Source of the DNA: an uncultured Pseudomonadota bacterium
Lineage (GTDB): Bacteria; Oederibacteriota; Muellerivitia; Muellerivitales; Muellerivitaceae
NCBI GenBank assembly: GCA_963843375.1
Contig: CAWJKT010000015.1
Coordinates: 32,001 to 96,000 of the forward strand
Direction: 5' to 3'
DNA length: 64,000 nt
Below are positions 62,676-64,000 of the stretch, piece after piece. The translations under genes and the position numbers were made by a program. Numbering within the stretch: position 1 is the first letter of the stretch; each line of letters starts with the position of its first letter. Below the pieces are notes generated by a model. That model did no database searches. It was not told the origin of the DNA and saw only the letters and a program-made list of their open reading frames with translations.

Positions 62676-63602
62676 TTGATATTGCTGCCAGCATTCTCGA
62701 ATCCCCCTCGAATTTACGATAACGTCAGCGAATTGGTTGGAAGAACTCCTCTTCTACAAATCCACAGCCATGGTGTGCCGGGGGTCGAATTGTGGGCGAA
62801 ATTGGAAGCCTATAACCCAGGCCGCTCGGTAAAGGATAGGCCCGCCCTTCGAATGATCCTGGAGGGTATCCGTATTGGGAAGCTCACTAAAGATAAGACC
62901 ATTCTGGACGCTACATCGGGGAATACGGGAATTGCCTATGGTTGGATTGGTGCGGCTATGGGTTATAAAGTGGCTTTGGCCATACCTGCGAACGTTAGTG
63001 ACGAGCGAAAACGAATTCTCAAATCATTCAATGTGGAAGTCCACTATTCGAGCGCCATGGAGGGTTCGGATGGCGCTATCCGCTTGGCCCGCGAAATCTA
63101 TAAGGAAAATCCTGAGAAATACTTTGTGCCCGACCAATATAACAATCCCGAGAATCCCAAAGCCCATATGCTTTCCACGGCGGAAGAAATATTTGAACAT
63201 TTAGGGGAAAAGATGACCCACTTTGCCGCCACGATTGGAACCAGCGGGACCCTGATGGGAACGGGCAAAAGAATCAAAGAGTTGAAGCCTTCGGTAAAGA
63301 TAATCGCATTGGAGCCGTCCCAACCTTTTCACGGATTGGAAGGCTTGAAACACATGGCTTCTTCGATAGTTCCGGGAATCTATGATCCCGGGGCTTATGA
63401 CGAGAATCTTCCTATCGATACGGATGAAGCCTATGAATGGGTCAAAAAATTGGCCCAGCACGAAGGCGTTCTGGTGGGGCTATCCAGCGGGGGCGCCATG
63501 GCGGGATGCGTTCAATTAGCCAAGCGAATTCAAAAAGGCTGCATTGTGACTATTTTCGCTGATTCGGGCGATAAGTATCTTTCGACAAGGGTATGGGAGT
63601 AA
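62676..63602 (+). CDS. PLP-dependent cysteine synthase family protein (CysM-like)
   Basis: AKLEAYNPGRSVKDR, TSGNTG, GTSGT, DSGDKYLS. Confidence 0.9.
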   Translation: MILLPAFSNPPRIYDNVSELVGRTPLLQIHSHGVPGVELWAKLEAYNPGRSVKDRPALRMILEGIRIGKLTKDKTILDATSGNTGIAYGWIGAAMGYKVALAIPANVSDERKRILKSFNVEVHYSSAMEGSDGAIRLAREIYKENPEKYFVPDQYNNPENPKAHMLSTAEEIFEHLGEKMTHFAATIGTSGTLMGTGKRIKELKPSVKIIALEPSQPFHGLEGLKHMASSIVPGIYDPGAYDENLPIDTDEAYEWVKKLAQHEGVLVGLSSGGAMAGCVQLAKRIQKGCIVTIFADSGDKYLSTRVWE

Positions 63603-63605
63603 ATC

Positions 63606-64000
63606 ATGATTTCGTTTGACGAAGGAGCTAAAACCCAGATGATCGCCATTGGGGAGCGGGGCTATCCTCATGAAATCTGTGGTTTGATGTTTGGGAAAGC
63701 GGGCGATACCCGGGTAGTGATAGAAGTGTTTGAATGTGGAAATCTTAACAAACTCAAACCCGAAACCCGTTATGACATGGATCCAAAAGATTATATGAAG
63801 GGGGAAGCTCTGGCCCGTCAGAAGGGATTAGACGTGGTAGGAATCTTTCATTCTCATCCCGATCATCCCGACAAAGCTTCGGAAACGGACCGTCAGGCTG
63901 CCTGGCTTGGCTTTTCATATGTCATCATGTCTATCCAAAATGGAAAGTACGCTTCCATGAAATCCTGGGTTCTGAACGAGGACTCAAAATTCGACGAAGA
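63606..64000 (+). CDS. M67/JAMM metallopeptidase (Mec-like), 3'-partial; not in the ORF track
   Basis: Read by eye: MISFDEG...YPHEICG...GIFHSHPDHPDKASETD (E...HSH.....S..D JAMM motif). Runs off the window. Confidence 0.88.
   Translation, partial: MISFDEGAKTQMIAIGERGYPHEICGLMFGKAGDTRVVIEVFECGNLNKLKPETRYDMDPKDYMKGEALARQKGLDVVGIFHSHPDHPDKASETDRQAAWLGFSYVIMSIQNGKYASMKSWVLNEDSKFDE

Overview
A 64 kb bacterial chromosomal segment, almost entirely + strand, from a diderm organism. Thr/Pro-linker cargo with a T9SS-like C-terminal domain, multiple PorV-like barrels and F1-type chemosensory genes suggest a poorly characterised candidate phylum; this is tentative and not verified. Most of the window is housekeeping (ruvB, gldAFG-like ABC, tatC, fsa/tal, queA, tgt, accA, valS, nadC, birA, coaX, topA, argB, nrdR, eno, cysteine synthase). 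It also holds tRNA-Phe with a decayed ~2.5 kb islet bounded by a degenerate copy of the tRNA 3' half. The stand-out feature is a ~16.7 kb co-oriented cluster (38847-55565). It joins a PilT-TPR fusion and a LysM-less TsaP-like protein to a full chemosensory set (CheR, CheB, CheA, CheD, two CheW, two CheY, two CheC). The cluster also contains two all-TPR proteins, an MshEN-CheW fusion, a P-II protein with altered 2-oxoglutarate-binding residues and a catalytically dead GGDEF protein with an intact I-site. It looks like a type IV pilus-linked (Dif-like) pathway wired to c-di-GMP and metabolic state. Many genes, including essential valS, carry single-base frameshifts that are most likely sequencing or assembly errors. 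All calls come from motif recognition by eye; no database searches were run.
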